A DNA stretch of 64,000 nt, from assembly GCA_035297365.1 (NCBI GenBank), contig DATGZA010000011.1, forward strand, positions 32,001-96,000, written 5' to 3'. Origin of the DNA: Nitrososphaeraceae archaeon (lineage in GTDB: Archaea; Thermoproteota; Nitrososphaeria; Nitrososphaerales; Nitrososphaeraceae). Positions 1 through 10,627 of the stretch are shown here, one piece after another. The notes below the pieces were generated by a model that saw only the letters and a list, made by a program, of their open reading frames with translations, was not told the origin of the DNA and made no database searches. Within the stretch, counting starts at the first letter, position 1, and each line of letters begins with the position of its first letter. A program made the translations under genes and the position numbers.

Positions 1-18
1 ATTTGTATGATATTCATT

Positions 19-35
19 ATTTCCGATTCGGAAAT
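19..35. promoter_or_regulatory. Palindromic putative operator ATTTCCGATTCGGAAAT
   Basis: Near-perfect 17-bp palindrome; the same 13-bp core recurs at 2311-2323 and a variant TTTCCGAAATGGAAA at 93-107. Confidence 0.5.
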
Positions 36-163
36 TCACGATGATGATTATTAAAATAACATATTCATACCATACAAATATCTCGCATATAGTTTCCGAA
101 ATGGAAAATAAAAACCAAAAATAATTCCGTAGAAAATATTATTACAGATGACGTAGTATAGTT

Positions 164-487
164 ATGAATCAATTAAAAAATATAGATCTCTTCGAACTAG
201 ATAGAGTGTTAGAGGATATTGCAAAAACATATGCTGCACCTTCAGCTACTGTATGGTTTAAAGTAACCAATAATGGTAAACCTTCGCAAGAAGAATATCA
301 TGGAAAGGTTATTGAATTTATAAAAAAATTTGAAAATTTGCTAATATCTTGTTTTCCAAATAATGAACATTCAGATTACATGAAACAGTATATTTCAAAA
401 AATATAAGATATGGAATCTCTTCAATTATTGCAGGAAATAACAAGGAAGTAGAAAGGAGGTATCGATATTACGTCGATTACAATTAA
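164..487 (+). CDS. Hypothetical protein
   Basis: 107-aa ORF with protein-like composition. Confidence 0.75.
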   Translation: MNQLKNIDLFELDRVLEDIAKTYAAPSATVWFKVTNNGKPSQEEYHGKVIEFIKKFENLLISCFPNNEHSDYMKQYISKNIRYGISSIIAGNNKEVERRYRYYVDYN

Positions 488-509
488 CAGGTAGGGATGA
501 ATAAAAGAA

Positions 510-1106
510 ATGGCTTTAAATTTATATAAACTTGCATTTCCTGGAATATTAGCATTAATAGTAGTTGGAACGGTAGGCTTTCTACTTGCATTCAGTTATT
601 ATCCAGAAAAACATGTAAATGTAAATATTGATGGAACATGTTATGAATTATTAGATACTTCTAATGAAAAACATAAAATTCTCAGAGCAGAAAATGAAAT
701 CAACGTTAAACAAATGCAATTAAAAATGATTGAATATGATGATGCCAGTTTACCAATAGTCTTTAGTGGATTTAAAGAAAGTGTAAATGATTTCATAGAA
801 CAATATAATATTAGAAACATAATATCAATACAAAAAGTTTCGGATAATGCAACATTCGATAAATTTATAGTAAAAGCAATACTATCAAAGAATGAGCTTC
901 AGAAAATAGTAAATGATCTGACAGTAAGTGACTATTATCCAACAATAACCGTAAAAGGAAGTGTAGGACTCGGACCAAATAAATACATTAGTAGTGAAGA
1001 AGGGAAGATAATTTCAGCAGAATCAAAAGATTTTATGCAAAATGGCATCAAAAATATTGTTGAATCTAATGTTGGAATAAAATTAGCCGAATGTCGAAAT
1101 ATTTAG
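510..1106 (+). CDS. Hypothetical membrane-anchored protein
   Basis: 198-aa ORF, N-terminal hydrophobic helix, 22 bp after the previous ORF. Confidence 0.75.
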   Translation: MALNLYKLAFPGILALIVVGTVGFLLAFSYYPEKHVNVNIDGTCYELLDTSNEKHKILRAENEINVKQMQLKMIEYDDASLPIVFSGFKESVNDFIEQYNIRNIISIQKVSDNATFDKFIVKAILSKNELQKIVNDLTVSDYYPTITVKGSVGLGPNKYISSEEGKIISAESKDFMQNGIKNIVESNVGIKLAECRNI

Positions 1107-1273
1107 CTAAAATGATAATAACTAATCATACCACTCATATAAAATCTAAAATGAACTGTTGATTTTTTTTGTTGATTAATACTTTTTTATCGAAAACATT
1201 ATTTAATCATTTTTAATTTCCATGTGATAGAAATCTTCATAAATCTAAAATATTAAAAATTACTAATTAGAAA

Positions 1274-2269
1274 TCATTTTAATTGTAGGTATTCTTGAGC
1301 ATCAAAATGTGTAGATAACTCTATTGATACTTTGTCAGAGAAAACTCCCAATAGTTCAAAATCACCTATGTCAAGTCTTTTTTTGCTAAACATAGCAAGA
1401 ACTCCTATTATTTTTCCTTTATGTTTCAAAGGATAACCAGCAAAAGATTCAAGTTTTTCTTTTTCTGCCCATTCAGGATATTTTATTCGTGGATCATTTA
1501 CCACATCATTACTAATAATCGGCTTACCAGTTTTAGCTATATAGCCAATTTTCAAAGAATCAACAGGTATTCTTGAGAATTCTCCGGTAATATTTTTATA
1601 TTTTCCAGCACTAAACTTTAGAATTAAATGTTGTTCATCTTCATCCAATAACCAAATCCTTGCAAATTTTGCATCAAAAAATTTTACTAGTCCATCTACA
1701 ATCAACTGTAGTTTATCTTGTAAAAATTGTGATCTTTCAACAGATTCAAGAATTTTATAGACAAGTATTTTTCTTTCAGTAAGTTTACTATCATTAAGAA
1801 AAGTATAGGGGGATAGTTTGAATGTCTTGGTTTCATAAGAACGATAGTCCATAATAATTTCTGCAAATCTTTGTAAGAAATTACTGCTTTCAAGTTCATA
1901 TTGTTCTACTGTATCAAATACAAAATGAAAAATCCAGTCATAGTCTCCGCTTGCTTTTGCCGAAAAAACACAAAATGGTGCCTCTTTTGAATAATTAATT
2001 AATCCATTAATTAAATTATTTGAAAATGACGTAAATTTGAATTTTAATAAAATAGTACGATTTACTTTCTGTGAGACTAGCTCGGGATTAATAATCGCAC
2101 AATATCCTAATATCACATTTCTATTCTCTAACCTTTTCAATCTCTGTCTTATTGCTCGATCTGTTATCTTGTAATCCATTTCATGAAGAATGTGAGCTAT
2201 CTGATATGCGGAAATTCGAGCGTTTTTTCCTAGTTCATGAAGGATAACCTTATCGATTTCATCTATCAA
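1274..2269 (-). CDS. Lrp/AsnC-family transcriptional regulator with C-terminal GAF domain
   Basis: N-terminal IDEIDKVILHELGKNARIS...RLKRLE HTH and AsnC-like ligand domain (SGDYD); C-terminal GAF-like motifs (GYIAKTGKPIISNDVVNDPR, SFAGYPL, IIGVLAMFS). Confidence 0.85.
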   Translation of the reverse strand: MIDEIDKVILHELGKNARISAYQIAHILHEMDYKITDRAIRQRLKRLENRNVILGYCAIINPELVSQKVNRTILLKFKFTSFSNNLINGLINYSKEAPFCVFSAKASGDYDWIFHFVFDTVEQYELESSNFLQRFAEIIMDYRSYETKTFKLSPYTFLNDSKLTERKILVYKILESVERSQFLQDKLQLIVDGLVKFFDAKFARIWLLDEDEQHLILKFSAGKYKNITGEFSRIPVDSLKIGYIAKTGKPIISNDVVNDPRIKYPEWAEKEKLESFAGYPLKHKGKIIGVLAMFSKKRLDIGDFELLGVFSDKVSIELSTHFDAQEYLQLK

Positions 2270-2310
2270 GCAAATCTATATCTGTTCTATTTTTTTTGCT
2301 TATACAAATA

Positions 2311-2323
2311 TTCCGATTCGGAA
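2311..2323. promoter_or_regulatory. Second copy of palindromic putative operator TTCCGATTCGGAA
   Basis: Identical to 21-33; lies ~40 bp upstream of the Lrp-GAF gene start. Confidence 0.5.
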
Positions 2324-2520
2324 ATAATTATAGAAATAATTATAGTATTGTAAAAAACTGTCACAGTAATTTTCTTCCGCTTTATAGCAAATATACTTCC
2401 ATTTCGTTCCCTGTTGTAGATCATTGTTTTTTGTTGCTTTATAAATAAATAAATAAATTCCTAATACAATATAGCAATAGAAGAGAAATAGTAATAAGAG
2501 AAGGTAACCAAAATAATCTA

Positions 2521-3075
2521 ATGAAAAAAATCTCTAAAAGGAATACAGTAACAAGCTCTTTTATGATTGCCTATCTGGTGATCGCTAGTGGTGGATTATT
2601 GTTGTTATTTTCGTCAAGTGTAGGTCTAGTAATGGGAATTCCTCCTGGTGTAGTACAAGGAGACTATTTGTTTGGAAGAACAATAGGTATTGTAGAAGAC
2701 GAAAATGGAAAACCATTATGGATTATATCTGGAACGTGGAAAACTAATTTATCGAATCAAAGTCAAGTTACAGACAATTCAACTGTTTTTGATGCATCTT
2801 TTGAAATGATAAAACCTGATGGAACAGCAAAACATACACATACTCTTACCGATTATATCTTAACTGATGTTTCAAATCCAAATAATAACAGCACAATATT
2901 TAATGGAACAGCAACAATCAGTATGAAGGAAGCACCAATTACTGAAGTTCCTGTAAGTATTCAAGTAATGAATAATAATCTTGGTGTTATATCCATCGAT
3001 CCAAAAAAAACAGATAATCACTTTGGCACTAATCCAGTATATGGCATTCCTTTAGAAGAAAGTGAATATAAATAA
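2521..3075 (+). CDS. Secreted/membrane-anchored hypothetical protein
   Basis: Signal/TM segment, then WIISGTW...DGTAKHTH...HFGTNPVYG beta-rich domain. Confidence 0.75.
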   Translation: MKKISKRNTVTSSFMIAYLVIASGGLLLLFSSSVGLVMGIPPGVVQGDYLFGRTIGIVEDENGKPLWIISGTWKTNLSNQSQVTDNSTVFDASFEMIKPDGTAKHTHTLTDYILTDVSNPNNNSTIFNGTATISMKEAPITEVPVSIQVMNNNLGVISIDPKKTDNHFGTNPVYGIPLEESEYK

Positions 3076-3195
3076 AAGAAATCCTAGTGAATCTAGCGAT
3101 TAATTTTATTTTATTTTTTATTAGCAAAAGTATTTTATCGAAAAAGCTACAAGTTTATAGGTATAGTTAATATACTATTAATTTGTTATAAGTTT

Positions 3196-4167
3196 ATGAA
3201 TTTTAAAAATACCTTTTTTTTTAGCAGTATGCTGGTTTTATTGTCACTATTGATTTTTTTGAATAGTGTGACATTCAATTCCTCATTTGCAGCAACAGAA
3301 TATGAACACAAAATGAAATGGGGAGCAAAAGGTGTTGCTATTGGTCAATTTAATCAGGCAGGTGGAATTGCTTCTGACTCTGAAAATAATATTTATGTTG
3401 CCGATTTTACTGGTCGTTCAAATATGATTCAGAAATTTACAGATAACGGAACCTTTATCCTTGGTTTTGGTACATTAGGTAATGGCCCCCAATATTTTAC
3501 TAATCCTGCTGGTATAGCTGCTGACTCTGAAAATAATATTTATGTTTCTGATTTTGGAAATCCTAATTATGCTATTAAAAAATTCAGCAATGATGGAAAA
3601 TTCATTACTTCATTTGGATCATTTGGCCTTGGAGATGGAGAATTTATTAGCCCCGGTGGATTAGGTGTAGATAAAAAAAATAATATTTATGCTACTGATT
3701 TCGGAGAAAATAATAATGTACAAAAATTTGACCAAAATGGTAATTTTATAATGAAATTTGGTACTTATGGAACTGGAGATGGACGATTCTTAAATCCAAC
3801 AGATGTAGCAACAGATTCAGTTGGAAATATATTTGTTGCAGATTCTTTTAACAATCGTGTACAAAAATTTGACCAAAATGGTAATTTTATAATGAAATTT
3901 GGTAAACTAGGTAATGGTAATGGAGAATTCAATACTCCTATAGAATTAGCAATTGATTCATCTGATAATATCTTTGTCGTTGATAATGATAACAATCGTG
4001 TACAGATATTCAATAGAGATGGAGGATATATTACTCAATTCGGAAATCAAGGTACTGCCTCTGACAGAATTCAAGATCCAATTGGTATCGCACTAGATTC
4101 TTCTGGTAATGCATATGTAGCTGATGGAACGGATAGTGATGTACATGTATTCAGTCCAGTAAAATAA
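3196..4167 (+). CDS. NHL-repeat (six-bladed beta-propeller) secreted protein
   Basis: Signal peptide plus six repeats of the G.F..P.GIA.DS.NNIYVAD..N.RVQKF type. Confidence 0.92.
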   Translation: MNFKNTFFFSSMLVLLSLLIFLNSVTFNSSFAATEYEHKMKWGAKGVAIGQFNQAGGIASDSENNIYVADFTGRSNMIQKFTDNGTFILGFGTLGNGPQYFTNPAGIAADSENNIYVSDFGNPNYAIKKFSNDGKFITSFGSFGLGDGEFISPGGLGVDKKNNIYATDFGENNNVQKFDQNGNFIMKFGTYGTGDGRFLNPTDVATDSVGNIFVADSFNNRVQKFDQNGNFIMKFGKLGNGNGEFNTPIELAIDSSDNIFVVDNDNNRVQIFNRDGGYITQFGNQGTASDRIQDPIGIALDSSGNAYVADGTDSDVHVFSPVK

Positions 4168-4256
4168 TATTCAATATAATAAATTTTTTTACATTTAATA
4201 TTTAATACATCCGTTAATTATTTTTCCTTAAATGTGCCATAATCTTCTATATAACA

Positions 4257-5195
4257 ATGATTAATCTAAAATTAAAGATAGATCATGTACATCTTAAAGT
4301 ATCAGATTTAGAAAAATCTCTTGAATTTTACCAGTCAATCCTTGGATTTAAAATAGTTAGACGAGAATCTAATACTGCATTTCTTTCATCAGATATCAAC
4401 AACTCATCTTTTTTTTTGATTGCACTTACAGAATTAAATAATGCTCTCAAAGCTCAAAGGAAACAAAGAGTAGCAGGATTATATCATTTTGCGATTTTAT
4501 TACCAGAAAGAAGATATTTATCATATTTTCTTAAACATATACAAAAAAATCTTATAACTGAATATTATGAAGGTATGGCAGATCATGCAGTATCAGAATC
4601 TATATACATACATGATCCTGATTTTAATGGAATTGAAGTTTATAGAGATAGAGCTCCCTCGGAATGGAAATGGAACGATCATACAGTACATATGGTTACT
4701 GAACCATTAGATGTACAAGGTCTACTGAAAGAATCGATCGATGGGAATAATGAATGGAATGAACTTCCTCCCAAGACATCTATAGGTCATGTCCATTTGC
4801 ATGTCTCTAATCTTGCTAACGCAAAAAAATTCTATCAAGAGATTTTGGGTTTAAATCATACTGCTACTTTTCCGGGCGCATATTTCTTTGCTGCAAATAG
4901 GTATCATCATCATGTTGCTACCAACACCTGGCTTGGAGAAAACATTCCTTCTGCAATTGATAATAGTAGACTAGGGTTAGATCATTATGCCATAAATGTA
5001 GATAGTCAAAATGATTTATTTTTCCTAAAGAATCGTTTTTTAGAATTTAAAATAGTTATTGATGAAGAACAACTAATTGAAAATGATAATAAATACCCTT
5101 CATCGTTCTACGCTTATGATTATGATGGTATAAAAATACAATTTTTGTATAATAATCCCACAAAAAAATACAATAAATTAAACAATACAATATAA
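4257..5195 (+). CDS. VOC-family protein, catechol 2,3-dioxygenase (CatE)-like
   Basis: Two glyoxalase domains: IDHVHLKVSDLEKSLEFY, GLYHFAILLP, DHAVSESIY, IGHVHLHVS, YHHHVATNTW. Confidence 0.88.
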   Translation: MINLKLKIDHVHLKVSDLEKSLEFYQSILGFKIVRRESNTAFLSSDINNSSFFLIALTELNNALKAQRKQRVAGLYHFAILLPERRYLSYFLKHIQKNLITEYYEGMADHAVSESIYIHDPDFNGIEVYRDRAPSEWKWNDHTVHMVTEPLDVQGLLKESIDGNNEWNELPPKTSIGHVHLHVSNLANAKKFYQEILGLNHTATFPGAYFFAANRYHHHVATNTWLGENIPSAIDNSRLGLDHYAINVDSQNDLFFLKNRFLEFKIVIDEEQLIENDNKYPSSFYAYDYDGIKIQFLYNNPTKKYNKLNNTI

Positions 5196-5400
5196 GAAAA
5201 AATCATTCAACGTAATTATCAATATGTTTCTTACATACATATTGTCATTTGGGATTTTATATTTAGTATTCTTAGTCTTTTCAATATATATGAAATATCA
5301 GGTATGAACATTTTTTTGTAAAATCAATTCATTGTTATTTCAATAAAATTTTTAGTAAGACACAAAATCTCATCGATATTATTTTTTTATTTATTTCTTT

Positions 5401-5895
5401 TTATTGTGTAACCTCTTTCTTTGACATTGTTGTACAGAAATCCTCCGCTGCTTTTTTAATTTCCTCTGGGGAAAGATCTTTCTTATGAGTTGCTATTGAC
5501 CACTGATATCCAAATGGATCTTTTATTGAACCAACACGATCTCCCCAGAATGCATCGTTGACTGGTTCAATTACAGTAGCACCAGCAGATACAGCTTGAT
5601 TGAACGTCGAATCAACATCATTGACGTATACATAAAGCCAAACTGGATTTCCTCCTACAGATTGAGGTGAAAAACATTTCATTTCTTTGGATTCTTCAGA
5701 AAGCATAATAACAGAATCTCCAATTCTAATTTCTGCATGCATGATAGTGTTATTATCAGGTCCATACATGCGATGACGTTCTTCTGCGTTGAATGATTTT
5801 TTATAAAATTCTATCGCATGTTGTGCATCTTTTATGATTATGTAAGGTGTAATTGTATGATAATCATCTGGTACTGGCTTTACATTATCTATCAT
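5401..5895 (-). CDS. VOC/PhnB-like glyoxalase family protein
   Basis: ITPYIII...AIEFYK, HAEIRIGDS, FWGDRVGSIKDPFGYQW. Confidence 0.9.
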   Translation of the reverse strand: MIDNVKPVPDDYHTITPYIIIKDAQHAIEFYKKSFNAEERHRMYGPDNNTIMHAEIRIGDSVIMLSEESKEMKCFSPQSVGGNPVWLYVYVNDVDSTFNQAVSAGATVIEPVNDAFWGDRVGSIKDPFGYQWSIATHKKDLSPEEIKKAAEDFCTTMSKKEVTQ

Positions 5896-6213
5896 ATTTG
5901 TAATAATCAGCGTTCCTTAAATTTATAAATTTGCTTATTAGATTATATAGAAAATGGTCAAAAATATTAAAAATTTAATTTTAGTACGTCACTTAATCAC
6001 ATTCATTTTGAAACAATAAATTTTTTATTTACTTTGAATTAACTATCTCTTACAAGCATTATCCAAATACATGATAATCTTAGAAAGAGACCAGAATTTA
6101 ATCAAATTTGTTTCTTATAGGAGATGATTATACTATAGAGCTAAAAACTATATATATCTTCAGAATGACATCATACATACTTATTAAATACCTCGCAATT
6201 ATATTTTCAGAAC

Positions 6214-7248
6214 ATGCTGCAAGAAGTCGACAATGTAAAGATTACAATTTTGGTAGATAATATGACTGATATGTTATTACCCAGCTCACCATTAGTGGAA
6301 CGACCTCCAATGATAAGCAATCAAAAATTTAATAAACCCCCAATTGCAGAACATGGTTTTTCGGCACTGTTACAAATATCATACGTATACAAAAATGAGA
6401 AACTAATCAATAAATTTCTTTTTGATACTGGAGTTAGTGAAAATGGTGTTATTTACAATTCAGATATCTTTGCTATAAACTTTAGAGATATTGAAACTAT
6501 AGTATTAAGTCATGGGCATTTTGATCATTTTTCAGGACTCGTAAGTGTTTTAAAAAGAATTAACAAACCAACAAAAATTATAATGCATCCAGATGCATTA
6601 CTTAAACGATGGATTGTATTTCCTAATGGCAATAAAGCAAAAATGGATGCCTTAAATGAAAAAACAATAAGGGACGTCAACGGCATAATAGTTAAAGAAA
6701 GTGGACTAAATTATTTGCCATACGAAAAGAAAATTATGAATAATAATGCAGAAGATTATGAAGATAATAACAGTCAATATAATAATGGGAATAGAAGAAT
6801 ATTAATAACTGGAGAAATACCAAGAATTACAACTTTTGAGAAGGGATTTCCATTACAATACAAAGAAGATATAGATGAAAGTAATCTTCTTATTCCAGAT
6901 CCTCTTGTTAAAGATGACCAAGCCCTGGTAATGAATCTAAAGAATAAGGGCTTGGTTATACTGAGTGGTTGTGGTCATGCTGGAATAATAAATACTATAA
7001 AATACGCTACAAAAGTTACAGGAATTAAAAAAATTTTTGCAGTTATCGGTGGATTTCATCTATCAGGAGAAGGATATGAACGTGCCATTTCTTTGACAGT
7101 AAACGAACTTAAAACAATTGATCCAAAGTATATCATTCCATGTCACTGTACCGGCTGGAAGGCTTCTAATAAAATAATTAAAGAGATGCCACAAAAGTAT
7201 ATACAAACAAGTGTTGGGTCTACATTTGTTTTTAATTCATTCGAATAA
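6214..7248 (+). CDS. Metallo-beta-lactamase-fold hydrolase (DHPS-like MBL subfamily)
   Basis: AEHGFS, FDTG, SHGHFDHFSG, SGCGHAG, GGFHL, PCHCTG motifs. Confidence 0.88.
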   Translation: MLQEVDNVKITILVDNMTDMLLPSSPLVERPPMISNQKFNKPPIAEHGFSALLQISYVYKNEKLINKFLFDTGVSENGVIYNSDIFAINFRDIETIVLSHGHFDHFSGLVSVLKRINKPTKIIMHPDALLKRWIVFPNGNKAKMDALNEKTIRDVNGIIVKESGLNYLPYEKKIMNNNAEDYEDNNSQYNNGNRRILITGEIPRITTFEKGFPLQYKEDIDESNLLIPDPLVKDDQALVMNLKNKGLVILSGCGHAGIINTIKYATKVTGIKKIFAVIGGFHLSGEGYERAISLTVNELKTIDPKYIIPCHCTGWKASNKIIKEMPQKYIQTSVGSTFVFNSFE

Positions 7249-7650
7249 AACATAATAATAATATTTAATATGCTCAATAAAATTGTTAAATTTGTTTCAG
7301 AAACCACAATTCATATTATTGCTTTGCCTGTTTTTAGATCGATTAGGTTACTTAACTTTAGGTTCCTTTTTTCATATTTTCTAATATCTTTGTAATCTGC
7401 TATCTAATTTTTATCGCTTTCATATTGTTTATGTGGTTAATTTTTCATTTTCTTTCTGCTCAATACTCTTCTTATCTTTTAACTCAATCTATAAGATTTG
7501 GCAAAAGTATGATTTGCCCTTAAACATAAATTTTGTTGGGATTAAATTGAAAAATTAAAAAAGTCTATTACTCTAGCGATATTCTTCCTTTTTGGACCAT
7601 TCACCTTTGCTTATAACTAGATGATTTGATTTTGTACCTAAACATCAATT

Positions 7651-7752
7651 GCTATTCTTTTTCTTGATGATTATTCAGAATGATTAAATACTACAAGATC
7701 ATATAATGTTCCTTCTAAGCTCAGATATATTAAATTCATATTTAATTTTGCA
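7651..7752 (+). promoter_or_regulatory. Conserved ~100-bp upstream leader of the KIKCVNSN family (copy 1)
   Basis: Similar leader (atga.taaata..acaagat...ataatgttcctt...agatatattaaa.tc.tatttaa) precedes the paralogs starting at 35664, 36455 and 57555. Confidence 0.65.
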
Positions 7753-8208
7753 ATGAGCAATCAAAAGATAGTTCTGGCTTCTATTACAGTGATGGTAGTC
7801 GCAGGTTTACTGGCCCTGAACCCATCAATGATAGGAAATGCACAGGCACAAATATACGACAATCAATACGGATACGACAATAACTATTACCAAGACGACA
7901 ATAGTTATAGTTATGATAAAAAGGATCCAAAGAGCTCTCATGTAGATATCCAGAAAATAAAGTGTGTCAACAGTAACGTCAATGTAAATGGTATAGATAT
8001 TACCAAGATACAAGATCCGACCTCGTTGGGAGCAACAAATGACTTGGCTGGCAATGAAGCAGACGGTCCAGATGGCACAAATACACAAAATGGTAACGGC
8101 GGTGGAGATAGAATCAACTTCGACAGGAACCTCGTAAATATATGTGTCAACCTCAACTTTAACAACCAAGAAAGAATACCTTTTGTTGTTGAAGACCTAT
8201 TAGGATAA
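7753..8208 (+). CDS. Secreted protein, KIKCVNSN-module family (short form)
   Basis: Signal peptide, IQKIKCVNSNVNVNGIDIT...DRINFDRNLVNICVN module shared with four other loci; T-rich tract after the stop. Confidence 0.85.
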   Translation: MSNQKIVLASITVMVVAGLLALNPSMIGNAQAQIYDNQYGYDNNYYQDDNSYSYDKKDPKSSHVDIQKIKCVNSNVNVNGIDITKIQDPTSLGATNDLAGNEADGPDGTNTQNGNGGGDRINFDRNLVNICVNLNFNNQERIPFVVEDLLG

Positions 8209-8382
8209 ATTTACCTACCATTCTTTTTTTTATTTGAATTATTAATTCGTTTAATATTCTAGCAATAGGTCTCCTTCGATGTTATAGATAATGTTAATAT
8301 GGTTACTCCAAATTCGTCATTGTGTAAATATATAAACACTTTGGTTTCTAAAGTATTTAATAACACAATATAAAATGTTATT

Positions 8383-8440
8383 GAACCCTACTAATACACG
8401 TGGCTCGTAGAATAGTCAAGTGTTTTTGACACACAATTTG
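8383..8440 (+). repeat. Dispersed bipartite element, copy S1
   Basis: gaaccctactaatacacgtggctcgtagaatagtcaagtgtttttgacacacaatttg. Confidence 0.85.
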
Positions 8441-8674
8441 AATTTCAAAATAAGAAATTTGTAGTTGATAATCCTGGTTAAAATAAAACTATTGATCTAA
8501 ATGTTGCCATGACTGTAAATGGTTAGCTAAATGTGTTAGTAATGTGAGTTACACAACATGACAATATAATCAATAGATCCAGAATTTGAAATTCCGAATT
8601 CTTTTCTCTACTAATTTTATAGAAACTTTGATTAGAAAGTATTTTAAAAAGATTCTTTAATAAATAATTTAGGG

Positions 8675-9046
8675 ATGTTCCTAGATAACAAAAATACTTT
8701 TTATTTAGTAGTCATATTGTCTGCTTCATTTTTAATCGGTGGGATGATAACAGCACCGGTAGTTTCTAAAATATATGCTGATCCTGATACCAAATTCTTC
8801 AAAAAAGAAAATATAAAGATACAATATGATAAGAAACACAAAGACAAACACCACAAGTATAACGACAGATGTTATGACAACCATCATTATAAATACAAGC
8901 ACAAATACCACAAGTATAACGACAGATGTTATGACAACCATCATCATAAATATTACAAAGATCATAAACATCATGACAACCATCATCATAAATATTACAA
9001 AGATCATAAGAATTACAAACACGATAGAGAGTATCATAAATACTAA
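8675..9046 (+). CDS. Secreted His/Lys/Tyr/Asp-rich low-complexity protein
   Basis: Signal peptide then repeated HKYNDRCYDNHH and DNHHHKYYKDHK units. Confidence 0.75.
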   Translation: MFLDNKNTFYLVVILSASFLIGGMITAPVVSKIYADPDTKFFKKENIKIQYDKKHKDKHHKYNDRCYDNHHYKYKHKYHKYNDRCYDNHHHKYYKDHKHHDNHHHKYYKDHKNYKHDREYHKY

Positions 9047-9189
9047 TTTTATTAGAATAATAGGATCTGTAAATTAAAGAACAAATAAAGAAGCAACATA
9101 TAATTACTATCAGAGTTTCGATTGAAAAAAATAATGGACTTATCTTACCAATGGGTAAATTTAAAGTGTTAAAATTAGCAGAAGATAAA

Positions 9190-9290
9190 TAGCCCAAAAT
9201 CATCCTCCTATAAACAATTATGCTATTGGCTAATTGTACTATACCAAGATAGTTCTCTTTTTTCTTTTCGTACCTTGCAAATAACATTAT
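9190..9290 (-). mobile_element. IS5-family transposase C-terminal remnant
   Basis: Translates to FARYEKKKENYLGIVQLANSIIVYRRMILG, resembling the RYEK...Y.G...LA end of IS5-family transposases. Confidence 0.55.
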
Positions 9291-9765
9291 TTGCTAACAC
9301 CTATTCTTCTTGTCTATATCGTATGGAATTCATGAATTATGTCATTTGAAAATTCAAGGACATTCCTATCATTTTTAGAGTTTTTTTAAACAATTTGTAC
9401 TTGAATATCGGAAAAAAATTACTGGCTTCATAGAATTACGAGAGCTTGATATCATTAAACGACCCTGATTTTTACAATTCTATTTTTTTATACCCAATAC
9501 GATTTGATAACCTTTTAAAATCATTTTGATAATGCTTGTTTCAAATACCTATAAATTTTTCAAAAAGGTTATGAACTATTTATAGGGATATGGTTTTTTA
9601 TCTTAATATTTGCAGAATATTTAGTAATTACCTAAAGAATCAACTTATCTTCGCGATCATTTAACAAATCAAGTATGGTATTGGAAAATTTATCGAGGGT
9701 TCTTTGTTAGTGGCGGCACAAATATTGAAAAATAAGATCGATATGCTATAATACTACTTTTTTTA

Positions 9766-10335
9766 TTGGAAAATGTGGGCTATGATAATGAAGAATATGA
9801 AAAGAAAATGCTTATAGATTTCCTAAAATTAACTAAAGAGAGATTTCATATTTTAATAGATAGTGAAAATGGAGACCTCAGAACCATAATTTCTGATGAT
9901 ATGAGACCTCTTCTTCCTTTGTATGAAAGAACATATAAAGATGTTGAGAAGAATATCGACAGGTGTATGGAGATAATACCAAATATACCATACGGCCTTT
10001 TAGTTCGACATGGATTTACCAATAATCATCTTATTCTTAAATTAATTCAGGTAGATATATGTTGGATAAATATAGTAACTATAAGAAAAGATCCTTTAAA
10101 AAAATTTGATAAAATATACAAGGATCAAAAGGAACCATCTAAGGAAGAAAAAGGTAAATGGGAGTATTTTAAAGATAAACTAAGAAGAAATTGGTATAAA
10201 TTTCTAAGAGCAACTGATAGTTGTATTTTTGAAAGCTTAAATGATATTATTAATACAATGCCGGGCCAGTATGGAATTTTCAGTATGGTTAAAGAATGGA
10301 AAAATTCCGTAGAAATAGCAATTGAAGAAAAATAA
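9766..10335 (+). CDS. Hypothetical protein
   Basis: 189-aa ORF, no recognised motif; start uncertain. Confidence 0.7.
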   Translation: MENVGYDNEEYEKKMLIDFLKLTKERFHILIDSENGDLRTIISDDMRPLLPLYERTYKDVEKNIDRCMEIIPNIPYGLLVRHGFTNNHLILKLIQVDICWINIVTIRKDPLKKFDKIYKDQKEPSKEEKGKWEYFKDKLRRNWYKFLRATDSCIFESLNDIINTMPGQYGIFSMVKEWKNSVEIAIEEK

Positions 10336-10627
10336 ATCTATGGTACTTAGTATATCAAATTTCATTAAAGTTGAGAAAATTTGTACCTTGATCTTGAAAA
10401 ATTTGTCCCAACTTGAAAATAGAATATCGCAATTAAACTACTAAAATTGATAAATTTACTCTCAAGCTAAACGTACTTGAATTCATTTGAAAATAAGAAA
10501 ATAAAAAAACTAAATCAAGTTTGATTCTCTCTCACACACCACCCTCTGTTGATTCTTTTCTGATGTTTGATATAATTTGAATTGTTGTGTTTTCTATAAA
10601 ATACTTTCCAAATCATATGATGCAGCA

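Noticed and set aside
8732-9287. Alternative-frame ORFs over the His-rich gene (8732-9037, 8799-9287, 8826-9077)
   Set aside because: Shadows of a low-complexity repeat; only the IS5 scrap at the start of 8799-9287 looks real
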